From NCBI RefSeq assembly GCF_006345805.1, contig NC_043006.1:61752001-61816000 (forward strand): a stretch of 64,000 nucleotides of DNA, read 5' to 3'. Each line of letters begins with the position of its first letter. The first letter of the stretch is position 1. The position numbers were made by a program, and so were the translations under genes. Below, piece after piece: positions 49,378-62,528 of this stretch. The stretch comes from Octopus sinensis. Lineage: Eukaryota. Under the pieces are notes generated by a model. That model was given only the letters and a program-made list of their open reading frames with translations. It was not told the origin of the DNA and did no database searches.

Positions 49378-50005
49378 TGCCTTTACACAGCTTCTAACGC
49401 TGGAGATGTACTGCGTTGTCAGCTCTTCACAACCAGTCAACTAAAGTAACACCTCTTAATTTTCGAGCACCTTCCGGAGTATTCGAGCCGTTCCAAGAAG
49501 TGTTGTTTTCTGCACGTGCTCCATCCTTATTGCAGTCCCTGTTTGTTCCACGTACTTCTCAAGATATTTGCTCACTCTTCTCAGGCCTCCGATAATTATT
49601 GGTACTATTGCAACCTTTTTCATCGACTACAACTGCTTAAGTTGCCAAGCTAACTTCTCATATCTCTCGACATTTCTTTCTTTCTTATCACACACCTTGT
49701 TGTTAGTTGGGCACGTTATATCTATGATCCATCATAGTTTTTTTTTTCTCAATTAAGACTATGTGTGGTTTCCTATTTTCTATCTCATAGTCGCACTGAA
49801 TTATAAAATCCCATAGGCACTTTGCATTTTTATTTTCGATGATGCCTTCGGGTTTGTTGTCGTACCAAATTTTTCACCATTTTGTCAACATATTTTGCAC
49901 ACATAACTTCTTAGGTGTTGTCTATTCTATATTTTTATGTAGTTTTTTTCTTAGTGATTACTCTTGGGCAGCACAGATTAGAGCTTCCGTTTCCGGTTTT
50001 AAATC
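49378..50005 (-). mobile_element. R4/Dong family 2 copy B (5'-truncated)
   Basis: Homologous to 23337-24080 (TTGCCTTT.CACAGCTTCT.ACGCTGGAGATGTACT, GTCGCACTGAATTATAAAATCCCATA, CTCTTGGGCAGCACAGATTAGAG). Confidence 0.9.
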
Positions 50006-50053
50006 ACCTATTTTTAAATCACTTATTTCCCTCAGACATTGAGCGAAGAGCGG

Positions 50054-50080
50054 GTATTATTATTATTATTATTATTATTA

Positions 50081-50145
<65 letters not shown>

Positions 50146-50156
50146 ATCATTATTAT
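50054..50156. repeat. (TAT)n microsatellite
   Basis: Direct inspection. Confidence 0.95.
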
Positions 50157-50531
50157 TACCCGTCTGATAAGGGTACACCAGGCTCATGCATCACAACCAT
50201 ATGTGCGCAACATGGTGATCTCATACCAAGATAAACATCGCATAACATTGCAGGTGGGGCCCAATTGGAATTTTCTTGTGGTCGAGTAGCCCATCCCACT
50301 CAAAAGGACCCCGAATAAGAATTGTTTAAGGATGTTGAATTATCCAAACCTATCCAAACATATTTTCAGTCACATGGTCAACTGGTTCAGGCCAAACAAC
50401 TCTCAAGCAAATCTCCGCTATTGATCAGAATATTTGCTGTAGTCCATCATTTATACGAAGGCAAAACAATGTACATGATAACACTTCCAATGAGCAGCCA
50501 TGAGTTCCACTGCCTGGTAATGCATCAGAGC
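50157..50531 (-). mobile_element. Element X copy 2 (truncated, internally deleted)
   Basis: Homologous to 22780-23324; flanked by (ATT)n on the left and (ACT/ATT)n at 50532-50664 on the right. Confidence 0.75.
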
Positions 50532-50572
50532 ATAACTACTACTACCACTACTACTATTACTATTATTATTAC

Positions 50573-50626
<54 letters not shown>

Positions 50627-50788
50627 CATCATCATTATTATTATTATCATTATTATTATTATTATGTCTACCAACAATTGGGGTCTTCTTTGTTCAGAGA
50701 TTCAAATGTTCCCCTAATGATATACGCCGCTATATTTGTGTAATTATCAATGATTTTGTTCATGCAGCCGACCGGTTATGTATATATA

Positions 50789-50840
<52 letters not shown>

Positions 50841-51231
50841 TATTCTGTATAAGTAGGGAATTTATGAGAGGAGAATTATATAGAGACGACGCTCTGTTCG
50901 CATAAAGTAAATCTAACAATGTTCAATTAACAATGCCAATTTAGAAAAATATAGGAACAAGTTATTGATGTTTTTTTTCAAGTGTGTATATTTGTGTTTA
51001 CATAGAACACACTAAAGTCAATTTTGTTAACGAAACTGTTGATTTGAGTACAGGTGAATATCAATCACACCACTAACCCAATAATAAGCTCAAGTAGATC
51101 AATTTTGACAGTATTCACTCCAAAAATATCACTGAATTTATGGTCAATATCATTTCGTCCTGCATGTCAAGATATTCAGCAAATGAGAGGATGTTTTGTC
51201 AAATGGGAAAATATTACATATTCAATATTAA

Positions 51232-51410
51232 TTTATTGTCCACAAGGGGCTAAACATAGAGGGGACAAAGAAGGACATACTAAGAGATTAAGTAGAGTAC
51301 GTCTAGAGTACGTCGACCCCAGTGCATAACTGATACTCATTTAATCGACCCCGAAAGCATGAAGGTAAATTCGGTCTCTGCGGTATTTGAACTCGGAACG
51401 TTCACAGACT
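51232..51410 (-). mobile_element. SINE (second family), reverse orientation
   Basis: CCACAAGGGGCTAAACATAGAGGGGACAAA...TCGACCCCAGTG...ATCGACCCCGAAAG...TTTGAACTCGGAACG. Confidence 0.8.
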
Positions 51411-54400
51411 TAGACAAACTCTCAATAATAATAGTGACCTCCACAAAAGAAGAAATAAGTAGAGGGCTACATTGGGATATAATGCAGTATTCGGTAGGCA
51501 AATAGCTACTAATAACCGGCGGAATTTTAGCACCGCTTTAGTTAGGTATTTTCCAAAATCGAACTACTATAACACTTGGCAACAAACGTTTTGCTACTCA
51601 GACGAAATGGGGTTCATAGCTAATTTAGGATCGTTGATTCCGAGTCTGCAATCATATTTGCTCAAGCACGTCATGGTTTATCATTATTATCCAGCTATCA
51701 AAATTACAATGATGTGAAAATTCAAGACAAAGGAATTGAATGTTACGTTAAGCATAAATTACCATAATTTGATATAAGAACAATAATAACTAGGTGGACA
51801 AGTAACTCAAAAACTTGTACATTTTCCACACACGTACAAAAAGCTGTTCGCATGATTAACACAACGTTTCCTGCTCATTATAAATACATACAGTAATAAC
51901 CTAAATCAACATTCAAAGAAGCCTGTCAGTAAACTAAAATATACAATTAATCAAATTTTACTGTAAAACATCAAAATAGTTTTCTAGAAAAAAAATCCAT
52001 TCAAATTATAATAGAATGTACTGAAGCTATGGCTGTCACGAAACAAGTTTTTCATCTCTAAATTTCAAACATTGATCACTTTAGTAAATAACTAAACTTA
52101 CTACTAAACTACTTTTCATATAACCTGGTTCTCTTATTTGATTTACTTTGTTTTAACAGCACCAGCAGTTATCAGAAAAAGGTTCAGTGGCTTACTCTAA
52201 CATAATATCAATAGCCTACACTGAGGAGAACTTTACTATAAATACAGTGATAACAATGTAAAATAAATTCACATCTTGAGAGGCAATTTAACGGGTAGCC
52301 TACATTTCCCTCTATCAGCACTTAATTTTGCACCACCGATGTGTATATGAATGAAAATCGAAAAAAATCGCTAATACTTTGTCAATATTATCAATTGGTT
52401 GGAAAATCTGATGCTGTGAATAACTTAAAACCTACACTTGATGTCTGAAAACTGATTTCAGATTCGGATTTATCAACCTAAAATTACCCTAAATCAGCTG
52501 AAAATGTTTAAATAGCATGGCAAAAGTTTCTGTTGCCCTATGTAATAGAATTTTTAACAGACGCACTATTTGATTGGCTTTCTCCAAAAACATAGCGCAA
52601 ATTATAGCGGTATACTCATTGCGCTAGGAAAATAACTGAATTCCAGAACAAAAACGACTGCAGCAAAGAAGTTAATAGAAATAATACTACTACTCATGAT
52701 AAAATCTACTCACACAGAGCCAAAAATACAGGTAGTCAAAGTGGGGAGATTTTGAATATTGGATTTAAATGACTGGAAAACGCACACCAAAATTACAGGC
52801 AAGTAGTAATCCAAAAGCAGCTGTACCAGTTGCAATAAACGCTAGACAGAATAACGCAGAAATTCGAAGCTAAAATCGAAAGGTAAACACTAATAGTCCT
52901 GTAGCTAGAGAAACAAAGAAGTTATCTAATTCAGTCCGATTATCAGAAGCAAATATAGTGGAGGTAAAAGTATTTGCAGCTGTGGCAAGAAAAAAACGTT
53001 CTTCTTAAATATTCTGTGTTCGAGGAAAATTATATTAATCAGGAGTAGGGTTATATCAAGTGGAATTTTGTACCTTTATATTGGGTATTGCCGATAAATT
53101 TCACGGTTAGACTGGCAAATCATTTAGTTTCATTTAAGGAAAATGTATAGTACGTGTTTAAGTGTGATTATGTGGTCCCTTAGGGATAGAAACACAATAT
53201 TTAATATAGAAGTTGCATAGATTCATAACCATTCGAAAGCAACCGGTGCATATGCAATTGGGAGATGTCTATACAGCAGAAACGTGCGTCGGACACATTC
53301 AAACTAAATTTTCTGTATAACTGACTATAGAAATAAAAATAAAAAGTGAAGATGTACTAATCTACATATTCATTGTTATTTTCTATATATATACACACGG
53401 TAAAATATTTATAATCCTGCGAACCGCACTCAAAATTTATTCATCGAATGAAATACATTGGGATTACTTACATTAAGTAGACCTAGGGGCTCTACTTCGC
53501 TACTGGAGACTGCTAGAGGCATACGTCTAATTAACAGAAATCTTCAGCAACGAGCTTGATTAGATTCTGTATAGTAGCTAAGAATATGACTAAGACAAAA
53601 CCCATTCATTTATTTTGCAAAAAGTCTCTGAAGGGAGGTGCGCGTGTATCTACAAATACTTAGGCATTTTACTTGGAAAATTATTATTCAATATTTTAGC
53701 ATGGTATGTAGTTGTCTTGAATGCAAAAAGTTATGAAATATTTATAATACTTAATAATGTATAAGGTTCTTTTTCTTATTATAAAAGAATGGTCTGTATT
53801 GCTATGTCAGAAACTATTCCATTAAACCTTGAGGGATAATCAATGTTTAAGCTCAATTTTACTTTCCACTTAGAAACCTTTAATTATTTTATTGTGATAT
53901 CTAATGTAATACCTACCCATATTAATGCATTCTTTCTTATTTAATATAATTTACCACTAATACGTATTAAATTGTTTGGCGATTCATTTCTCCTCAATCA
54001 ATCAAATTATCTTCTCTTTGTAAAGAAACAACAATTGTTTGATTATATTCAACCTGCACATAATCAGTTCCAGTTTTCCTCGCTGATTTCCGATTCTTTG
54101 AGCTTATTGTATTATCAAGTATTTCTTGAAATACTTATGAATGCATAACATCAAATACATCAAATACAACAGGATATGCATGCAGCAACATAATTAAACG
54201 AATTATATGGCTTGAACGCAAAATAAAGATGTACAGTAGGAAGATGTTTCCTTAATCAATACATTCGAACGTGTATACACAAGCAGATATTCACTAACAC
54301 ATTTATACATATTCATGCATTGGTGTATGTTCGTTTGTGCATCTATATAAGTATATTCACGAACACAAATTAAATCGATAAATATTCCCATATTTTCTCA

Positions 54401-54872
54401 TCCTTTCTCTCTGAACTTGTTTTTCACTGACATATTGTCCCTTTTTGAGCATATCTATGCTTCTAAGATCGACGGCATCGCATTCTTGTGACGATACCGC
54501 TTTTGATTATTTTTTGGAAACTTGTAGGGCTACCTAGTAGAATGAAGCCGTTCTTCACTTCAGCTGGTGGTGTGCGATTCTTTAGTATTTATTATCACTT
54601 TAATTATACTGGTCCTTTATGAAGATAATCTTTCGATGTGGAGTATTTTGTCATTTTATTATACTGCTTGTTTTGTATAAAGCATCAAGGAACGGTGAAA
54701 TTAGGCTGTTGCCGCTTGGTTATATTTTAAATATGAACTTTTACTTCAAGTTACTTTGGGTTGGTGGAACGACAACATCTATATGTATAATTTATAGCTA
54801 GTATAGAGATGGCAATATATTCTTATGTATTTTTCAAATACAAACATACAGCTCGCGAGATTGGCTTTTTAA

Positions 54873-55490
54873 AGGCATAGGTGTGGCTGTGTGCTAAGTA
54901 GTTTGCTTATCAACCACATAGTTTCTTGTTCAGTCCAACTGCGTGTCACCTTTGACCAATGTCTTCCACTAAAGCCTCGGGCCGACCAAATCCTTGTTGA
55001 GTGGATTTCGTAGACGGAAACTGAAAAAGCCCTTTGTATATATATATACATACATACAAGGGGAATGACCACTAGGTGGATTCCTAATATGCTAAAGGTA
55101 GACCCCCATATGGTCTTACACGAAGAAAATTTGTTCGCAAGATATTTCGGCAAACGCCAGAACGTAAAGCGGGCAAGACAAATGAAAAAATGCAAAATTT
55201 AGTGACAAGTCACATACCTAGATTTTTGTAACCATTTACATTACATAAATGTCTGCATGTGTGCGTTTGTGTATGTAGGTTTCTGTGTCTGCGTTTGTCT
55301 CCCCACCACTGCTTCACAACCGATGACGATGTGTTTATGTCCCCGTAACGTTGCTGTTCTGCAAAAGAGACCTACACAATACGTACTAGGCTTACAAAGA
55401 ATAAGTCCTGGGGTTGATTAGTTCAACTAAAGGAGGTGCTCTAGTACGACCGCAGTCAAATGACTGAAACAAATAAAAGAATTAAAAATA
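54873..55490 (+). mobile_element. tRNA-derived SINE with internal microsatellite (third family), interrupted
   Basis: Head GGCATAGGTGTGGCTGTGTGCTAAG...GTTCAGTCC, central GCCTCGGGCCGACCAAA...GTAGACGGAAACTGAAA, tail GCAGTCAAATGACTGAAAC. Confidence 0.8.
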
Positions 55491-56277
55491 TGCAACTACA
55501 AGAAGTATGAGTATCCATATATGAGTAGCATAAAATAATTACCGTCTCACCATTGATGTGATATTTGACAGTTCCGTGTTGATATCGAATTAAATAGTAA
55601 TGTATAATTTTCAAAACTTTCATTTTAATATGAAACAATAGATCAATCAAATTTATTGTTTCAATGTAGGAAGTTTATAAGGTACAAAAATAACTATTAT
55701 GATCATACTGTATCTAATTGTAGTTTTGGTATGAGGCCAAATCATGCTCAGTCTCCACAGGAAACGCCGATCGATTTATCTGAACTGTGAATTTAGAGCA
55801 TTAACTCAGGAATGTGAAATAGATAAAACCATAAATGTTATATCATTTGAAACAACATGTAAATTTGCGTATATATTATACAGGAGATAATATTCTATAT
55901 GCACCCATTGAATTAGAAATGCACTCTGACTTTTGAATAATATTTCTATTTTAAAACGTTCAAACCTGTTCTGAACGGAAATAACAGTAATAATGTAATA
56001 ACCAGCTAATAATGTATATTAATAAATATAAGCAAGTTACAGAATACCGGTACGCCTGGCAAACGGTGATGTTTAAGAGCATGCGGATAGATCAAAAAGG
56101 TATTCTAAAGGTTCAGCTGTGTGGAGCGTTGTAAGACGTACTTAAGTTGTCAAGAAATCAACTGTCAGTTAAACACATTTCAATTCTCATGGGTACACAA
56201 TATTTGAAAGCGCTAATTTTGTTAAAATATTATATGGAAATAACAGCAATAATATATGATCATAAAATTCCCTTATG

Positions 56278-56280
<3 letters not shown>

Positions 56281-56315
<35 letters not shown>

Positions 56316-56402
56316 CATACACGTATATGTACAAGTATATATATATGCACATACATTTATACAGATACATACAAGTGTGCGTATATATATGTATATATAT
56401 AT

Positions 56403-56445
<43 letters not shown>

Positions 56446-56465
56446 ATATATATATATATATGTAT
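56281..56465. repeat. (TA)n-rich microsatellite
   Basis: Direct inspection. Confidence 0.93.
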
Positions 56466-58818
56466 ACTCACACCTACACACCTACATACACAACTATATA
56501 CATATATAAGTACAGAAATACATCCGGTACGTAATCGGTGAGACATCATGAGCAAATCGCCATAGTTTCCCCGGGATCGGTATATTAATTAAATAATCAG
56601 CATGAGGTTGTGGCGTGGACATATTTTTTCCTCAGCTCAGTTGATTGCAGACTGTTAAAGGCGGCTGACCATATCACGCGTTTCCACTCCTGCCATTTGA
56701 GGTACCAGGACATTTACACAGACAACTCTAGTTTCTCCGACAGATATATTCTTAACAATCACACACTGTCTGGAAAGTAAATTTTACGGATGCACTGCTA
56801 TTATTCTCTCTATACTATTCATAGAATATTTAAGATGTTTATTGTAAATGACCAACACATATATCTTTATGTACTGCAATATATATTTCAGTTAAATGTT
56901 TGCGAGTGTGCTTCAGTTATTCACGTAAACAACAAAATACATTTTCATTTATCAGCTCCATATTACACCGACCAAGCCATGATCGCGACACGTGCATATT
57001 TTGAAAGCAAATAGCAACAGGCTGATGCTTAGAAAATATAGGTAGTATATATATAGGCAGATGGAAGAAATACGGGAACGTATAATTAATTAATATGTAA
57101 CAATATGACTACAATAGGGGAGGCGCATTTGATCAGAACATAATATGTCGTTTCTATCGGGTGTTTCAGACGTCAATAAATTGTTTAAAATTCATTAATA
57201 TACAGAATTATGATAATTGCTGCCTTACAATCTGTATTTTCAATTCGTTTTAAAATATCATAAAATTAAAGGTATGATTATTCTCCTTCCCACACATTAG
57301 ACATAGATATATTAATCTTATTGCATATAGAAATCGCTATTAAATTGCTAGAAACAGTCACTTCCAATGGCAGTTCCCTTGAAGATTTGTAACAATAATT
57401 ATATCGGCTTTATCGGAAATATAACTGTTACTTAGTGATCTTCATACATGCTCATTATAAGAATGTATATTTTAATAATAGATAGATGCAAACACACATG
57501 TTATACATCATAAATATATGAAAGCGTAGACATGTACGTACTCGGTATTTATACTTTTACAGGTATATGAATATATGTGTGTGTGTTGTATATGTATATA
57601 TTACAATTGTGTATATAAATATATATGTAGACATACACACATATACACATTTATATATATATACATGTATTTGTATATACATACGTGCATATATTTGAAC
57701 ATACACACATACATTCAAACATGTATATATGAGTAAGCGACAGAAAAGTAAAAGTATTTATCAGTTATTGAAAGACAGTGAGATGTGTATGTATGCACGT
57801 ACGTATGTTGTGTTCTAGTAAGAGTTTTCTCATTTTATTTTATGAATTATATTTTGTCTTTCTTTGCATTTGTCATCGTTTCACGTAAATTGTATATCTA
57901 TAAAATCAAGGAGATCCCTTAATACATTCCTAAACCCGCTTTCTCTCATTTGTATCAAATGAAAGAAATAATGTTAATTCTTCTTATTGACATATACGTG
58001 CACATATAATTTCCTAGACTCTGTTAATTAAAGAGAAGTATATCAAATTACAGTTGAACAAGCAGATTTATCGTTTGATCTAATGGAATCAATGACACGC
58101 GAGCACATTAAGATGTCCTTTTACATCACACATTGAAGTGCATGCTAGGTTTCAAACAGTGTTTTCATTATTGTGCACGTATATAATTTTTATACGCTAC
58201 ATTTTATTTTTATACCACGTTTGTGATATCACTGTAAGCGTTTATGTTCTTGAAATCAAAGAAATAATTGATTAAATCTACAGATGAACGAAAAATAAAT
58301 CAGCTATTATGTCTAAGTTTGATTATGTTGAATTTTCTGTAATTACGCTAATATCGAATGCAACTACAATTAAGTGATAGCGTCGTAGAGAAAGATTAGA
58401 ATAAAGGTCCGTGGTTTCTTTTGTGGTAGCAATGCAACATAGGTTTCAAATATAACAGCCCACATCGGTTCGATATATTAAATGCTTTTATAAAATAATT
58501 ATTTAATTTGACTCTTTTCGGTGTGGCTATAGGAAGATATGTATAGTTTGATATATTTTTAACGTTACTCCCAATGGATAGGTTGAATAGTTATACTTAA
58601 ACTTCGTTAACACTGTAAATATAACTATATTCTTTCATCCGTATGCCGAATCAAAATTAAAATATCATTATTTTGTGCATATAACCTATTTTCAATGTGT
58701 ACCACCATCCTTTGCCCCCAAAGACACTTGCATTTCGAAATATCTAAATTTCTGGGTCAAGTACGTATAGTGCCTGACCCAACAAGTACTGTTTGTAGCT
58801 TCATATACGTTTAATAGC

Positions 58819-58821
<3 letters not shown>

Positions 58822-58867
<46 letters not shown>

Positions 58868-58914
58868 TAATAATGGTAATAATAATAATAATAATAATAA
58901 TGATGATGATGATG
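58822..58914. repeat. (AAT)n grading into (GAT)n
   Basis: Direct inspection. Confidence 0.95.
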
Positions 58915-58999
58915 AACTCTTTTAAACATAATTTCTGAAGAACTTCTTCATATTCACATTTCAGTTTTTTAACTCTTAATTATCCACTCCCCCGCTTCT

Positions 59000-59480
59000 T
59001 CTTTGTGCGTTTATTTACTCTCTCTCTCTCTCGTGCTTATTTTCTCCCCTTTTTATTACCCATCCCCTCTATATAATATTGATCTTTCTGTCTGTTTTCC
59101 TCTCTCTGTATTTCTCTATGTCTGTCTGTCTCTCTATCTTTCTGTCTTTCCCTTTGTCTCTTCTGTTTACTTTACTCTCTTCCACTCTTCCTCTTTCTAT
59201 GCTTCTTCACTCTCTTCCCAACATATTCTCCTTCCCTTTCTGTATATTCTGTATCAATCCTCCTGTTTATCTTTGATTCCTCTAGTCTCCCTATATATAT
59301 CTTTCTGTCTGTCTGCCTGTCTCTTTCTCTCTGTCTGCCTGTATCTGTCTGTCTATCATCTCTATCGCTGTCTTCTCTTTCTTTCCTTGTCTTTTCATTT
59401 GCCTTTCTCTCTTGTACTTTTCCTTCTACCGCTGCTGTAACTTCCACTCTTTCTCTCTTAGACTTCCTCCTGTATCTCCA
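59000..59480. repeat. CT-rich low-complexity tract
   Basis: Degenerate (CT)n/(CTGT)n; source of ORFs 59003..59440 and 59172..59486. Confidence 0.8.
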
Positions 59481-61049
59481 AGACATGCTTTACTGCCAGA
59501 CATGCATTCCTTCCTGTCTATTCTGCATATTCCTCTACACCTACCAAAACTTGAGAAATTACACTGTAACACAGGATCATGTCTTCTCTGGTTATGTCTT
59601 GTATTCTCTTTCGGGGATCATCACCACGTCAAATATAATCAACACTATGTCCGGATTTTCTTTAATTCATTAAATTAGTACTTTTTTTCACTGCGCTCAG
59701 AGGTAACCGGCATAATTTGAACAGTGGGTGGCACAGGTGCTATTATGTGAGACAACATGCTTGCTCGAACTTTTAGAAGTAGCAGCTACATTGCCCTCAA
59801 ATCACTTCCTACTATCTCTTAGAAAAGACACATTTGATGACGTATTACTAGGCGTAAAGTATCAGAAATACAGAATGGTTCAAGTTGAAACATGTTTCAT
59901 CGTAAGTCTACTAGGTCAGGAGTGGTCGCACGCTAAATAATAAGGTGTGTGTTAGGTAGAAGTTAACGTATATATTACATGTAAATTAATCATTTGTAGG
60001 TACGTACCAGCTTCCAGGAATGCGTTTAATATGTAACTCGGTATATCGACTAAATATTCATTGCAATATACAGTGGCTATGTTAGAAATGTGTTCCAGGA
60101 TGATTAATGGGTTAGATGGGTGCTCATGAAGGGAGAACTCCAACACCACAATATATGTCACGTACACCCATTACCCACTTTTCATCTTTGATCCCGTTGT
60201 TTGTTTCCATCTCGTATACGAAGCGTAGTATACAAAACGTAGTGATAAAAATCAGTGCTGGCTATAGAATATTTGTAGAGATAATTTTAGTACGTACACC
60301 TTATACTGAAGTTAAACCAATGTATAATAGAACGCGACAAAAAGCAAAATATTTTTGGCAAAAAATTCAAATTAAGAGCTGCTGTTATGCATACATTACA
60401 AACAGTCGATCTTGGACATATACTTGCATTTTAAAGAATTATGCTGACAAATGGAATAAAATTAGTGACACTAAAATCACTTCTTATAATGCCAATTTTC
60501 CTTCCTAAATGATGGACATTGCTGCTTCGCTTTTTGAAAAAAATAATTGAAATAAAATAACCGGCCTAAATGATAATTAATTATACAATAAAAATTAAAA
60601 ATCCTTGGTGGCCTTTCCCTCATAGAAACCAATAATCACCTGAAAGTGGCATGGGGGTGAATCAGAAAATTAGCTAACGGTGGCAATGACGATTCAATGA
60701 TAATCCAAATAAATTGTGTAATGTAATCATAAAAAACACGAAATTTAAATGCGAAATTCCTCTTCTACAGAAAATAAAATATTCAACAAAATGTTCAAAC
60801 TTGAAATTTTCCTAAAAATTGTTTAAGAGAATGTTGAGGCTTACAAAGTTAGAAAATAGAATCGAAAAAGTAATTAATTGGCAGTTTGTTGCGCTTATCG
60901 AAATGCTCATCTCATTAGCAAACAAATCTTAATTTTATTTTTAAGGGGGGTGGAAACCACCACTTCGTCCCCTCTTATTAACAAAGGAAGTTGAACTATA
61001 TCATTTCTTTTAGAGGCACAGGTAGAATCATTTGCTGGGATTAAGGATG

Positions 61050-61340
61050 TCAATATAAGTATAATGAAGTGAAGGAGAGAAGAACAAAAGGAGGGGAGAA
61101 ACATAAGGCAAATGTAGGCCCAGGAAGAAGGATAATGATCTATTCGAAGAGGCAACATGGAATGTAGTGAATGATAGAATGAAGAACAGAAAAGGAAAAG
61201 AAGGAGGATGAAGAGAGGAAAGTTAAAGAAGAGAGAGAAGAATGGAAGCGGATGATGGAAGAAGGATGATGATGTAGAGGAAGAGAAAGGATTCAAAATG
61301 GAATGGAGAAGAGAAAAGGAAAAGAAAATGGAGGGGGAGA
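61050..61340. repeat. GA-rich low-complexity tract
   Basis: Direct inspection. Confidence 0.75.
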
Positions 61341-62446
61341 AGAATTTATTGCTAAAATTATTATTTTTTCAAAAGGTGCAACAACATGCAAATAATAATT
61401 GTTTTTTTCGATTCTAGTTTCTAACATTTGAAGTCTCAATATTCTGTGAAACAACATAAATTTTAGAAAAATTTAAATTTTGATCATTTTCCTGAACAAT
61501 TTTTTTTCTGTATAACAGGATTTTCTTTCATTTAAAGTATATATTATCAATTTTAGTCAGTTCCAATCTTGGAACAAAACAGATGTATATATTATATTCT
61601 ACGTGTGCAATATTGTAGAAATAATTTCAAATCATTTAAATTTTTAACATCTGGTTTCTCAGCAGATTTTTCACAGCTAATATGTCAAACTACCGTTCCA
61701 AAAGGAATAAGAATAAAAGTTTGATTACATAGCTTTAGATAAAACCCGAAATCAGTTATTGTTATGGTGGGGATAGCTTTTAGCATTGGTCCGAATGTGC
61801 AGGAATTGCTTGCACACAAACACAACATACATTTATTATGTTTTCTCCCATATGAGGCACAGATTTCATAACTGTGAAAGAGATTATTTCTCGTAAGCTA
61901 ACGTTGTGGGAACACATTGAGTTATGCAGAATATACTGCCTAATTTGATATCTAAAGTGTGCGTGATCTAAATCCAATGAACTTAATTTATTTGATGTAT
62001 GGAATTGTTACACTTCAAGTCATTTAATTAATGTGAGTATTTATAATATTAATTCTAAATTCGAAATGTTTTCAGCGCACGTTGAGTTCAGTGAAGCTAA
62101 ACAATGACGTAAAGTGAAAGAAAGTGATAGAATGCATGAAAGAGGAAGGACTGAATTAGACGCAGATATATAAAGACGAATAACTGAGAGACAGCTGAAA
62201 ATTTTATAAGAGTTTTATTGACAATTGAAGCCAGTTCGCATCCAACATAATTACAGTTTAAGTTTCAATTATTTGCTGTCAGTAATATAATAAAAAATAA
62301 ACTATTTTCTATCTTATTATTGGGTTTAAGTTGTTAATTTAAAATTATTTCCAATATGATAGGTATAGGAATGTGACTGGATAACGTTTCGTATTTATTT
62401 ATCAGTTTCGAAATCCTTAGTTTCAGTTATGTACATAATATCGGTT

Positions 62447-62528
62447 TCAAATATTGGGATATGACAAGTAATGTCGGGTGAGGGTGTAAGTGAATTGCAT
62501 CGACTTAAGTAATCAGACGGTACTTAAC
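62447..62528 (-). mobile_element. 5'-truncated SINE 3' end with a 19-bp target-site duplication
   Basis: TATGT(A/G)CATAATATCGGTT at 62428-62446 and 62529-62547 (18/19) flanks a segment similar to the second SINE family tail. Confidence 0.65.

Noticed and set aside
52780-53010. Protein-like plus-strand stretch (PKAAVPVAINARQ...KVFAAVARK), perhaps LINE ORF1-like
   Set aside because: Interrupted by stops, no diagnostic motif, and no adjacent ORF2.
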